Shown in pieces: positions 39,301 to 47,849 of a stretch of DNA of 64,000 nt. The notes beneath the pieces are model-generated. The model worked only from the letters and a program-made list of their open reading frames with translations. It was not told where the DNA came from and did not search any database. The stretch is from Leucoraja erinacea (taxonomy: Eukaryota): contig NC_073388.1 of assembly GCF_028641065.1 (NCBI RefSeq), positions 22,878,001 to 22,942,000 of the forward strand, read 5' to 3'. The number at the start of each line of letters is the position of its first letter. The stretch's first letter is position 1. The translations under genes and the position numbers were made by a program.

Positions 39301-42300
39301 AGTTAAAAAGTTTTCAGAACTATGAGTATAAATTCATCAAGCAGCTGCAGCTACCTCTTTGGACTTTTCTGTCGGCTCGTTTAGAGATACAATATGGAAA
39401 CAGGCCCTTTGGTCCTCTAAGTCCACCGACCATTGATTTACACAAGTTCTATGTTATCCCACTTTCCCATCCACTCCCTACATAACAGAGGCAATTTGCA
39501 CAGAGGCCAAGTAACCTACAAACTCACACATTTCTGCGATGTGTGAGGAAACCAGAGCACTGGGAGGAAATGCACGCAGTCACAGAGAGAACGTGCAAAC
39601 TCCACACACAGCACCTGAGATCAAGATCAAACTCAGGTCCCTGGCACTTTGAGGCAGCAGCTCCACCAGCTGAGCCACTGTGCCACTTCCACCAAAGATC
39701 TCCTGGCATGAAAAAGCAGCAGGAATGATAGCCTTTCATTACCTCTCAAAAAATACAATTGTCAATCGGACACAATCTTTCCATACCAAATATAGTACTG
39801 ACAATAATAAAACAAGAAATGTTATCAATTGTGAAAAGCGACAACTGGAATTTAATCCAGAGATTTGTGAGTGAATGCATTTGCTTCAGAGCAACACTGC
39901 AAGGGAATATACAATAATTGGGAGAATTCTGATAGTATGTACAAACATAAAGACATTGGAATGTACATCCACGGATCTTTAAAGGAAAAAGAACAGGTCA
40001 ATAGTATTATTGAATAGGGCATATGAGGAGATAGAAACAAAGTGCTGGAGAAACTCAGCAGATCCGGCAGCATCTCTGGAGAAAAAATATGGGTGATGTT
40101 TTGGTTTGGGACCCTACTTGAGATGCTGTCCATAATTAGAATATGAATATGAGCAGGGAATTTATGTTAGAATAGTATACATCCTACTTAGATATAGCTT
40201 GAGTAAGGTGTACATTTCTGATCACTATATTGCAGGAAAGAAGAGAAGATGCTTGGCAGGATGCAGAGGAGTAAGTAAGTAAGTAAGTAAAGAAGTTTAT
40301 TGGCCAAGTAATCACATACAAGGAATTTGCCTTGGTGCTCCGCCCCAAAAGTAACAACATGACATACAGTGACAGTTACGAATGACTCAGAAAACACTAA
40401 ACATTAATAATAATAAGATATTAGTGATAAAACACCATTGATCAAGCATGCGAACCAACAAAATACCAGATCAAAGGGAGGCTACAGATTTTTGGCTGTT
40501 GAGTAGAGCAACTATTCGTGGATAAAAACTGTTTATCCACATTGATGCTGCCATGACTGCAAACTGCAACTATATGGATAAGATAAGGTCTTTTTTTTTC
40601 AGGCAACTGGGTGAATCTTAATTGAGGCACATAAAACTGTCGGGTCTAGGCAAAAGAAAATAGAAAATGTTAGAAATATTAAAATGTCGCGCAGCTTCTG
40701 CAAAGAAAGAAAGATACATTGTGATTGATGTCCATTCATTAGAACTTAGAAAGGTGAGAAAACAAGTATGTCTTAACTTGCAAAGATGGGGAAAAATGAA
40801 AAGAATAAAGGGATGTTAGCGATAGGATAAAGACCAAGAGAGGTCGAATGGTTTCAAATAGTAGTAGTATTGGGGAGGGTGGAGAAGATATAAATTGCAG
40901 ATGATCTGTCCAAAGGCGATTAGAATAAAAGGAGATTAGTGCGGACATGGGGTAAAAAAACACTGGAATTATGGAATACAGAACACTGCAGTTGTTGTGC
41001 TGTGGTAGAATTTGGAAGTGAAACAAAAAATATATGGATATCCAGTAGATCATGCAACATATTTAGTGAGAGAAGAAATTAGTTAATGTTTTGTGGTTTT
41101 AAATAGAAATGAACTATTTACCTTAGCAAGCAAAGGAATTAAGGGCATAGATTTAAAATATTTGATGGAAGAATTGGATGGAAGATGAGAAAAGATTTTG
41201 GGTACAGAGGAAGGTGAGGGTCTAGAATTCACTGAAAGGGTATTTGAGACAGAAAACCTGATCACATTTATGATATATATGGATGAAGAGGTATGACCAC
41301 CAGGGCAAGAGATTCAGTGTTATAAAGTGGGATTAAACTGGGTAAATCCAAAGCGAATACAATGATAGAATGGGCTCAATCTGTGTCATATTTTTTTCAC
41401 TGATTTATTAAATATAGTCTCCTTTACAATGGTTCATAGAAAAATGGACAATGCCAAACTAGCATATATCTTCAGGTTCCTGTCAACGGGCCCATTGAGT
41501 ATGAAAAGAAGAAAATGGACATGTAATTCCCAGGTTTATTTCTCCCCCTTGTCATGCACCAAGTACCAGATTACAAATTGGCCGGCCCACCTGCCTGTAA
41601 ATGAGGATTGAAACTCAACTGCTGCAACAGCAAGACATCCTGATTACTAACCAAGTACACCAGCCGCAGAGCATCTAGACATGGTATCTGTATAGAACAT
41701 TTAATTTGCTTTAACCCAGCCTTAACCTTTTTGCTACTGTATCTTTCCCTTTTCAGCTCTTCCAGTTCAAATGAGAATGATGCAAACCAAAATACAGACA
41801 TGTTTTCTACAACACCGCAACGAAACACCACATTTGGACAAGTATGTGGGTAGGATAGCATTAGAGGGATATGGGCCAAATGTGGGCAGGTGGGATTAGT
41901 GTAGAGGGGCATCTTGGTTGGCATGGGCAAGTTGGACCGAAGGGCCTATTTCCATGCTGTATGGCTATGAGTCCATGATTCTATGACCACTCCTCCTCAT
42001 TTATGTACTTAAATTCTTGGACCAGCTTTTATCCACCACCATCAATCCTACTAAAGAGACCCCACCCAGTAGAAATGTCCAGAGAATACAATAAAGAAAA
42101 ATGGAAAGAGAATCTGAGTTCTTAGTCAAATCTCTCCAGTCTTGACAGACATTTAAGATGCTGAGTATTTTTTTATTATTTTCTGTCTTTATTTCAAATT
42201 CCCATTATTTGTTTTTCAAACAATCTCACTCTATCCCTTTCATCCTCCTTTTGCAAGCCGAAATTATGCGAGAAATAAATTTGTACAAAATGAAAGATAA

Positions 42301-45300
42301 GGTCAGTTAAACCACCATAAAGGTGATAGCAATTGAACAGAGGCTGGGTATCAGATTTTAGTGCCGTTTTGTTTGCACGCTGAGTGACAGGGTTCGCAAG
42401 TTTAATTTTCATCTCAACAAACATGCGGCATTGATTAGATGTGAATATCTGACCTGAGATGTCACAGAGGTAGAACTCCAGTATATCACTGAGAATTTGT
42501 ATCTCTGAATCTAACGTTAACTTTAACAATTCTGAGAAGGGTTTCATGTACCATTTCAATAATTTACCTTTTCACCCAGGTTTGTTGTATATAGCAGGAC
42601 TCCACTCCCTGGAAGCAAGGGTAACTTGGCCCCCAAGGGTAAACTCAGAAGTTGTCTGGATCCTGTCCCAATGATAGCCTTACTGCTCATACACTGTAGA
42701 TGAAAAATATGGCAGATTTATTCTGGGGGAATATGCATATATAAATGTCAGGTTTCCTTAATTGTAAAAAATAGCCAAATGTCCAGAGAATACAATAAAG
42801 AAGAAGTTCTAATTCACTTAGTTCTAATTCATAGAAGACTTAATCATTAGTCGCACACATCCATTTATATTGCATAAATGTTGCATGCACCTCATATTGT
42901 GATAGTGTCACCTGCTATCTTGATTTTTGCTAACATTGGATGAAAACATCGTATCAAGCTGAAAAATCTTAAAATACTTCACAGGGTGTTAATGTAAGGG
43001 CTTGTATTTTCCCTGCTTGGGTAAGGGCTTGTATTTTCCCTGCTTGGATGAAGATAGCAGGATACAAAATTCCACCACTACAGATTGCAAATTTTATTTC
43101 AAGCAGTTGAATAAATCTAGATTTAAAAAAAAAAAGATTCTAAAGAAAGATTTGTCAATGACCACTGTCCACAGAAGACTTCATGAACAAAAATACAGAG
43201 GCTACGCTGCAAGATGGAAACCACTGGGTAGCCGCAAAAATAGGATGGCCAGGTTACAATTTGCCAAGAAGTACTTAAAAGAGCAACCACAGTTCTGGAA
43301 AAAGGTCTTGTGGACAGATGAGACGAAGATTAGCTTATATCAGAGTGATGGCAAGAGCAAAGTATGGAGTAAAGAAGGAACTGCCCAAGATCCAAAGCCT
43401 ACCACCTCATCTGTGAAACACGGTGGTGGGGGTTTTACAGCCTGGGCATGTTTGGCTGCGGAAGGTACTGGCTCACTTATCTTCATTGATGCTACAACTG
43501 CAGAAGGTAGTAGCATAATGAATTCTGAAGTGTTTGGACACATCCTATCTGCTCGTTCAAATAAATGCCTCAAACCGCATTGGCCGGCTATTCATTCTAG
43601 AGTCAGACAATGATCCCAAAATACTGCTAAAGCAACAAAGGAATTTTTCAAAGCTAAAAAAATGTCAATTCTTGAGTGGCCAAGTCAATCACCTGATCTG
43701 AACCCAGTTGAGTATGCCTTTTAAATGCTGAAGAGAAAACAAGCATAAGCTAAAGATGGTTGCAATACAGGCCTGGCAGAGCATCACCAGAGAAGACATC
43801 CAGCAACTGGTGATGTCCATGAATCGCAGACTTCAAGCAGTCATTGCATGCAAAGGATATGCAACAAAATACTAAACATGATTACTTTCATTTACATGAC
43901 ATTGCTGTGTCCCAAACATTATGGTGCCCTGAATTGGGGGGGACTATGTATTAACACTGCTGTAATTTCTACATGGTGAAACCAAAATGTATAAAAATTA
44001 CCTTCATTAAAATCCGACAATGTGCACTTTAACCTCATGTGAATTTTTCTATTACAAATCTCAAATTGTGGAGTACAGAGGCAAATAAATAAATTGCCCC
44101 AAACATTCTGGCACTGTAATATTCTGAAATTCGAAGATAAGATGCTGTTCCTCAACCTGGATGTCCACAACGGAGAGGGCAAAGCTTAACTTTGGCAGTG
44201 CAAGGGAATTTGGCAGGACAAGTGACTGAGGTATCTGTCAGGTATTGAGGCACCTTGAGGGCAGCAACCACAGTTCTTTTAGCTTTAAAATAGTTATTGT
44301 TAAGGACAGGGCTGGTCCACAACATGAAGTTCTAAATTGGGGTAAGGCCAACTTTGTTGGTATGGCCAGAAACTTAAAATGGGTCATTTGTGGATGAAGA
44401 TGTCAGGAGAGTGGGATGTTTTTAAAAGTGTGATAATCAGAGTTTAGAGTATGCATGGTCCTGTTAGTATAAAGGGTAAGGAACCCTGGTTAACCAGAGA
44501 AATTGAGGTTCTGGTCAGGGAAATGCAGGAGGCATGGGGAGGTGGGATTGTTTATACCTTGAGGAGGATAGGGGATTGAAGAACACCCTGAAGAAGGAAA
44601 TCAAGAAGGCAATAAGGGAGCAAGTGACAATTCTGGCAAATTAGATTAAGGTCAATCCAAAGTTTTTAAGTATAATAAGGGGAAAAGGGTATCTAAAGGG
44701 AGAATATGGCCCCTCACAACCCAGTGATAATCTATGTGTGGCGCAGACGTGCAACGTCCTCCATGAATATTTATTCTGTATTTACCATAGAATACTAGGG
44801 AACTCAGGAAAGTTAATACAATGTATTGAGGACACTCTATATTACTGAAGAGCAATATGAATATCCTGAAACGTATGAAGGTAGAATCTCCCATGCTTGA
44901 GCAGTTACAGTATATCCAAAGACTCTGTGGGAAGCCAGTGAAGAAATTGCAGGAGCCCTGGCTGAGATATTTGAATCATCATTTCCTCACCACGGGCGAG
45001 GTGCTGGAAAACTGGAGGATGGCTAATGCTATCCCTCTATTTAACAAGGGCTGTGGAAAAATAATAGACCATAGACCACTAAACCTAACATTTGTGGTAG
45101 GAAAGGTACTGGAGAGGATTCCAAGGCAAAGGAGATATACATGCAAAAGAGGATACAGGCTAGGAAGGGGGAAATGCAACTAGCTTGGATGGTGCATGTT
45201 GATTGGCATGAATAAGTTGGGCCAAACAAAGGGCCTGTTTCTGAACTGTATGACTTTAATGTGGGACTTTGTTGGAACAACGTAGGAAGCCAAATATAAT

Positions 45301-45846
45301 AGGGATAGATGTTGGTCACTCATGCCTACTCAATAACTCAACAAGATCTGAAATAATCATCAATTTTAATACCATTTTCCAATGGTATCTCATATCACAT
45401 AGGGAGTTAGATGTGGCCCTTGTGGCTAAGGGGATCAGGGGGTATGGAGAGAAGGCAGGTACGGGATACTGAGTTGGATGATCAGCCATGATCATATTGA
45501 ATGGTGGTGCAGGCTCGAAGGGCCGAATGGCCTACTCCTGCACCTAATTTCTATGTTTCTATGTTTCTATCCCTTGAATCATCTAATATTCAGTAGCTGA
45601 ACTGTCACAGCATTCAGGGTGAAAAATTGCAGAGGCACCACCCTCAATGTGTCGAAATCTCTCCTCGGTTAAGTCCTAAATGCCCTACTCCTTATTTTTG
45701 AGGCCGTGTGTGTGACTTCGGAGAGATCAGAGTAGGGTGGGGAGCTTCCATTCCCCGCGTCTAACTTTTAACCCTTCACTCACATCCCTCTCGTGGACTT
45801 TGCGAAGGGCCGCATTCTTGGCGTACGAGGACACGTAGGCTTTCAT
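347..45846 (-). CDS. FSIP2: Fibrous sheath-interacting protein 2 (FSIP2 / FSIP2-like), multi-exon gene, about 3,740 aa if the 1-nt frameshift at 18385-18387 is corrected
   Basis: Hand-spliced GT-AG exons with consistent phases: 45846-45784, 42693-42568, 38357-38196, 36194-36105, 36023-35893, 34213-34078, 30497-30387, 29686-29551, (27008-26946), 25934-25861, 22012-17907, 15552-10214, 1033-347. The N-terminal ([13 protein letters not shown]...FNLTDP...YKSLHDP) and C-terminal ([11 protein letters not shown]...[11 protein letters not shown]|VIARNSF...[13 protein letters not shown]...RLVAHD) motifs match recalled mammalian FSIP2. Ortholog versus paralog is not resolved. Confidence 0.9.
1771..2094 (+). 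mobile_element. 5'-truncated L1-type 3' end nested in the Helitron
   Basis: Pyrimidine-rich 3'UTR, AATAAA, A-rich tail; TSD TAAAATGTTGAGAATCTCT at 1752-1770 and 2095-2113. Confidence 0.7.
2336..2720. repeat. 48-bp minisatellite, 7 full copies plus partial copies
   Basis: Unit GCTTGAAGTGGCATGAAACTGCACTTGAATTTGGTGGCCTTGCACCCT starting at 2353, 2401, 2449 and onward to 2689. Confidence 0.95.
3556..3710 (-). pseudogene. Diverged partial copy of the FSIP2 terminal exon
   Basis: Aligns to 826-981 (LLKDV...RLVAHD...QDPNLD) with substitutions and a 1-nt deletion. Confidence 0.85.
3805..4110 (+). mobile_element. Penelope-like element fragment with a small CR1 tail inserted
   Basis: [15 protein letters not shown] and [10 protein letters not shown] resemble the Cys-rich linker before the Penelope GIY-YIG domain; CR1 3' tail at about 3900-3948. 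Confidence 0.5.
4116..4810 (-). mobile_element. CR1 (HER1-type) LINE 3' fragment
   Basis: Antisense [13 protein letters not shown]...LWN remnants and CR1 tail gaagggccgaatggcctacacctgcacctattgtctatg. Confidence 0.85.
5290..6015 (+). mobile_element. Degraded CR1 LINE, split by Helitrons and resuming at about 9421-9670
   Basis: [24 protein letters not shown]; the tail continues ttggtcaggttcatggataggaaa...gagggatatgggcc after 9421. Confidence 0.75.
6016..8742 (-). mobile_element. Non-autonomous Helitron with (CA)n and G-rich low-complexity interior and assembly gaps
   Basis: CTAG at 6016-6019 with subterminal sequence like that at 8744; 5'-like ACTATTAAAACT near 8741; shares CCCCTTGATATTATATTA with the neighbouring copy; N runs between 6355 and 7404. 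Confidence 0.55.
8744..9416 (-). mobile_element. Non-autonomous Helitron
   Basis: Minus-strand 5' TCTATATACTTTTAC at 9416; hairpin CAGACCC-atc-GGGTCTG before CTAG|T at 8747-8744. Confidence 0.7.
10214..15552 (-). CDS. FSIP2: FSIP2 giant exon B (5.3 kb)
   Basis: 1780-aa open frame; phase-1 acceptor (caaaaaag|GT GAT TTG), GAG|GTACGT donor; ends in the conserved FSIP2 C-terminal motif. Confidence 0.92.
15735..16925 (-). mobile_element. CR1 LINE reverse transcriptase 3' fragment
   Basis: [21 protein letters not shown]...SKFADDTKL and [13 protein letters not shown]; (CTATTGT)n tail. Confidence 0.95.
17907..22012 (-). CDS. FSIP2: FSIP2 giant exon A (4.1 kb), with an apparent +1 frameshift at 18385-18387
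   Basis: tttacag|ATG ACC TTG; [33 protein letters not shown] resembles VTSEELNIIIQNVMTWVVATVTSILYPAITKYE; also [11 protein letters not shown] and [10 protein letters not shown]. The frame continues after the shift to a TCA G|GTAAAT donor. Confidence 0.88.
18085..19095 (-). repeat. Coding 24-nt (8-aa, DKESxxPx) tandem array in FSIP2 exon A
   Basis: [24 protein letters not shown] and similar units, about 40 in all, spanning the frameshift. Confidence 0.9.
21085..21345 (-). repeat. Coding E/K/V-rich 15-18-nt repeats (KEVIVE / KVVEE)
   Basis: Near-identical repeats of tcacctccttttccacaa on the plus strand. Confidence 0.9.
21353..21784 (-). repeat. Coding 36-nt (12-aa) tandem array, 12 copies (consensus [11 protein letters not shown]+1)
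   Basis: [12 protein letters not shown] / [12 protein letters not shown] / [12 protein letters not shown] / [12 protein letters not shown] through [12 protein letters not shown]. Confidence 0.9.
22360..22430 (+). mobile_element. L2 LINE ORF2 C-terminal remnant
   Basis: Encodes [18 protein letters not shown]. Confidence 0.6.
23290..24830 (+). mobile_element. Degraded CR1 5' part (ORF1 esterase end and ORF2 endonuclease) with nested tails
   Basis: [39 protein letters not shown] and GDSDHN remnants; younger CR1 tail at about 24355-24568. Confidence 0.75.
25861..25934 (-). CDS. FSIP2: FSIP2 linker exon ([25 protein letters not shown])
   Basis: tttatttccag acceptor, GTGCGT donor, 74 nt; gives the phase 1 to 0 transition needed before the giant exon. 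Confidence 0.6.
26946..27008 (-). CDS. FSIP2: Putative FSIP2 small exon ([21 protein letters not shown])
   Basis: 63 nt, phase 1-1, AAG acceptor and GTAAAA donor; no strong homology. Confidence 0.4.
27632..28482 (-). mobile_element. GC-rich non-autonomous retroelement with AATAAA and (TCTA)n tail
   Basis: Sharp GC/CpG-rich block; minus strand ends CAATAAAGGCTATCTATCTATCTA; no convincing ORF. Confidence 0.55.
28905..29188 (+). mobile_element. tRNA-derived SINE (HE1/V-SINE type)
   Basis: A/B box-like head, gtttcctcccacatcccaaa core, CR1-like tail. Confidence 0.8.
29551..29686 (-). CDS. FSIP2: FSIP2 exon 8 ([18 protein letters not shown]...)
   Basis: ttttgatag acceptor, GTAACT donor, 136 nt; resembles KQDLLEKKMAYHLQKM. 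An internal GTGAGT near 29637 is a possible alternative phase-1 donor. Confidence 0.8.
29857..30210 (+). mobile_element. 5'-truncated L1 insertion
   Basis: [25 protein letters not shown] (L1 ORF2 end), poly(A), TSD AAAAACAATGAGCAC at 29842-29856 and 30211-30225, TT|AAAA target. Confidence 0.85.
30387..30497 (-). CDS. FSIP2: FSIP2 exon 7 ([37 protein letters not shown])
   Basis: tttaatcag acceptor, GTATGT donor, 111 nt; resembles EWKTKEMLLLTRMAEDVKRE. Confidence 0.88.
31960..32268 (+). mobile_element. HE1/V-SINE-type SINE
   Basis: Full head (ggttcgatgc B box), core and ctaaa tail. Confidence 0.88.
33476..33770 (+). mobile_element. Old HE1/V-SINE-type SINE
   Basis: Degenerate head and gggcctgtttctgtgctgtatgac tail. 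Confidence 0.65.
34078..34213 (-). CDS. FSIP2: FSIP2 exon 6 ([10 protein letters not shown]...HQIQQE)
   Basis: 136 nt, phase 2 to phase 0, bridges exons 5 and 7; ttttcccaaaag acceptor, GTGGGA donor. Confidence 0.65.
35893..36023 (-). CDS. FSIP2: FSIP2 exon 5 ([14 protein letters not shown]...LQEWLTNE...ALRE)
   Basis: AAG acceptor after an 81-nt intron, GTACAC donor, 131 nt, ends in phase 2. Confidence 0.8.
36105..36194 (-). CDS. FSIP2: FSIP2 exon 4 ([30 protein letters not shown])
   Basis: tttttcag acceptor, GTGAGC donor, 90 nt; resembles VVCTLRELNKYRQYLTSLKLDFERNY. Confidence 0.93.
36370..36805 (+). mobile_element. CR1 3' fragment
   Basis: [15 protein letters not shown]...FKRHLDRYM. Confidence 0.8.
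38196..38357 (-). CDS. FSIP2: FSIP2 exon 3 ([13 protein letters not shown]...[33 protein letters not shown])
   Basis: ttttgttcag acceptor, GTAAGA donor, 162 nt; strongly conserved FSIP2 N-terminal motif. Confidence 0.95.
38442..39099. mobile_element. Tigger/pogo-like MITE with an internal ~25-bp repeat and a nested CR1 tail (38781-39020)
   Basis: 22-bp TIRs CAGCCACTCCCCGACTTACATA and TATGTAAGTCAGAGAGTGGCTG (2 mismatches); TA on the left, CA on the right; repeats at 38553-38675. Confidence 0.8.
39378..39685 (-). mobile_element. HE1/V-SINE-type SINE
   Basis: Reverse complement of the SINE seen at 53264. Confidence 0.85.
42568..42693 (-). CDS. FSIP2: FSIP2 exon 2 (CMSSK...[25 protein letters not shown])
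   Basis: tctacag acceptor, GTAAAT donor, 126 nt; resembles FSIP2 LPLGVKLPVIPGS...YTTNFGEK. Confidence 0.9.
43130..44116 (+). mobile_element. Tc1/mariner transposon remnant (IR/DR type), 5'-truncated and frameshifted
   Basis: [26 protein letters not shown] and [12 protein letters not shown]; right end ...CACTG|TA with the internal direct repeat CCCAAACATT at 43911 and 44098. Confidence 0.92.
44280..45260 (+). mobile_element. Degraded CR1 ORF2 middle region plus tail
   Basis: [20 protein letters not shown]...[16 protein letters not shown]. Confidence 0.8.
45400..45570 (+). mobile_element. Young CR1 3' tail
   Basis: Nearly identical to 38860-39020 and 24398-24568; (TTTCTATG)n end. Confidence 0.85.
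45784..45846 (-). CDS. FSIP2: FSIP2 coding exon 1 ([21 protein letters not shown])
   Basis: accATGa start in a CpG-rich region, 63 nt, followed by a GTGAGT donor; phase 0 matches exon 2. Confidence 0.75.
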
Positions 45847-46100
45847 GGTGCTGTCAGGGTGTGTGTGCTCATCAAACTCAGAGTGGCGAATGAAGCCGGC
45901 CCGGGACTCCCGCCCTCCTCAGGGGCGTTTGTTGCCGCTTGCGTCGGTTGCTCGGAGACCATTTGCCCGTCGCCTAGCAGCCGCGTTCTGGAGCGCGAGG
46001 CCGAGCCCGTCACTGGCTGATGGAACAACGGCGCCATGGCAACCGGCGCCACAAATGCCGCGAGATCTGGACCACGGCAAACGCGCGGGAAATGTCACAC
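45790..46100 (-). promoter_or_regulatory. CpG-island promoter of FSIP2 with three RFX X-box-like motifs
   Basis: CpG-dense island in an AT-rich background; GTTGCTCGGAGAC (45947-45959), GTCGCCTAGCAGC (45969-45981), GGCGCCATGGCAAC (46030-46043). Confidence 0.6.
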
Positions 46101-46124
46101 CTGCAGAAGGTGAAGGCTAACTTC

Positions 46125-46750
46125 CAGTCTGAAGAAATGTCTCGGCCCGGAACGCCACCCAGTCCTTCTCTCCAGAGATGCTGCCTGACCCGCTCAGTTA
46201 CTCCAACATTGTGTTCATCCTCGGTTTAAACCAGCATTGCAGTTCCTGCCCACAAGCTTCAAGTTTCCACATTGCTTTCCCTCACTCTCTCCCCTCCCCC
46301 ATCACCTTAGCCCTCCCGCTAGTTCCAATGTCCTCCTGGTTAATGTTACTGATTGTTACTCCTTGTCACCTTCCCCTCTCAGCCAACAATGATCCTTTTT
46401 ATATTTTCCTTGACCAACGTCTGCTTTGATCTGTCGTTTTCACACCTTACCCTTCTATATCTCTGTCTCCCTTTCCCCCGACTCTCAGTCTGCAGAAGGG
46501 TGTCGATCTGAAATGTCACCCATTTCTTTACTCCGGCATGCCTGTTCCGCAGTATGTTGTGTCCATCTTCAAAGGTAGAGACCGTTCCTTTGATCATCTT
46601 TACTTTCTTGTATCACCGTCCATATCTGTCGTTTACCTCTCTTATGAATTTCAGTCTGAAGAAGGGTCTCGTCCCGAAACGTCGGCTATTCCGTCTCTCC
46701 AGAGATGCTGCCTGTCCCGCTGAGTTATTCCAGCGTTTTGTGTCGATCTA
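46125..46750 (+). mobile_element. Cluster of Penelope-derived short repeats with three hammerhead-like cores
   Basis: CTGAAGA...GGAACGCC (46129), CTGCAGA...GAAATGTC (46490), CTGAAGA-A-GGGTCTCGTCCC-GAAACGTC (46656-46683), followed by ccagagatgctgcctg...gctgagtta. Confidence 0.7.
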
Positions 46751-47335
46751 AGGTAAAGACGCTGTTGTTCGTGTCTGTGGATTGGAACCACAGATCAGAT
46801 GGAACCGAGCTCTCATCCCGTCACTGTCGACTCAGTGCAAAGTTCCTCCACGCAGAACATTTTGAATTGCTGGAGTTGGGACTAAAATTATGTAACTTGT
46901 CGCTCAAATGAATCTGACGTCTATCAGACAACCTGTTAACTTTACTCTTTTAAATGCTAATTGATTTCTGCATTTTTAGAACTTTATGTTTTAGGGGAAG
47001 GCAAAATGATCGCACGAAAATATATTTGATTAATTTGGCTTTTGTATTCTTAATACCAAAAAGTGTACTGAAACCACTGTTTGCACATGGGTAAATATTA
47101 TTTTTCACTAAAGTTATTGAGAGAACACAGTAAAATCATGTAAAATTACTTTGTTTACATCCCATTGCACATATGAAAGTCTATGCCTTCTGGTTATAGC
47201 CAAAATAAATATGGCCACTGTACTGTTCCAAATTAAATACATTATTCCCCTCTAGTCTTCCTTGGTGCTAAAATTATCCAACCCTACTAACAATCTTCTT
47301 AATCTTCTGACAATGGCATCAGTGCGATGACAAAC

Positions 47336-47849
47336 TTCCTGTAATATATTGCGGTGAATATAACTGTACTGTATATATGCTCAGAGATAATAAATATTTT
47401 AAGGACGAGATCCGATCTCCATGCTTTTAAATTCCATACTGTGGCCAATAAAACAGTGTCCTATCTCCAATCTTAACAACTTCATCTAACTTCCTTCTAC
47501 TTCCTTCTGGCAAAAATAAAGCCGATTTTGTCAAGGAAGCACTTTGAGACGGTAATCCATGCCTTTGTTACCACCCGGCTGGATTACTGCGACTGACAAA
47601 CCTCCATCGCCCGTCTCCAGATGGTACAGAATGCAGCTGTTCGTCTCTTGACAGGCACACGAAAGCATGATCATGTTCCTGTTAATATATTGCGGTGAAT
47701 ATAAGTACTGTATTAAAAGAGATATAAATATTTTAAATCCCTAAGGACGAGATCCGATCTCCATGCTTTTAAATTCCATATTGTGGCCAATAAAACAGTG
47801 TCCTATCTCCAATCTTAACAACTTCATCTAACTTCCTTCTACTTTCTGG
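47336..47849 (+). repeat. ~170-bp direct repeat flanking an L2 fragment
   Basis: 47336-47509 vs 47677-47849; the insert encodes KIKPILSRKHFETVIHAFVTTRLDYC and RLQMVQNAAVRLLTGTRKHDHV. Confidence 0.85.

Noticed and set aside
42994-43047. 27-bp perfect tandem duplication
   Set aside because: Ordinary local slippage with no functional context
43002-43613. Active Tc1 transposase
   Set aside because: No left TIR or full DNA-binding domain; frameshifts and stops in the catalytic region
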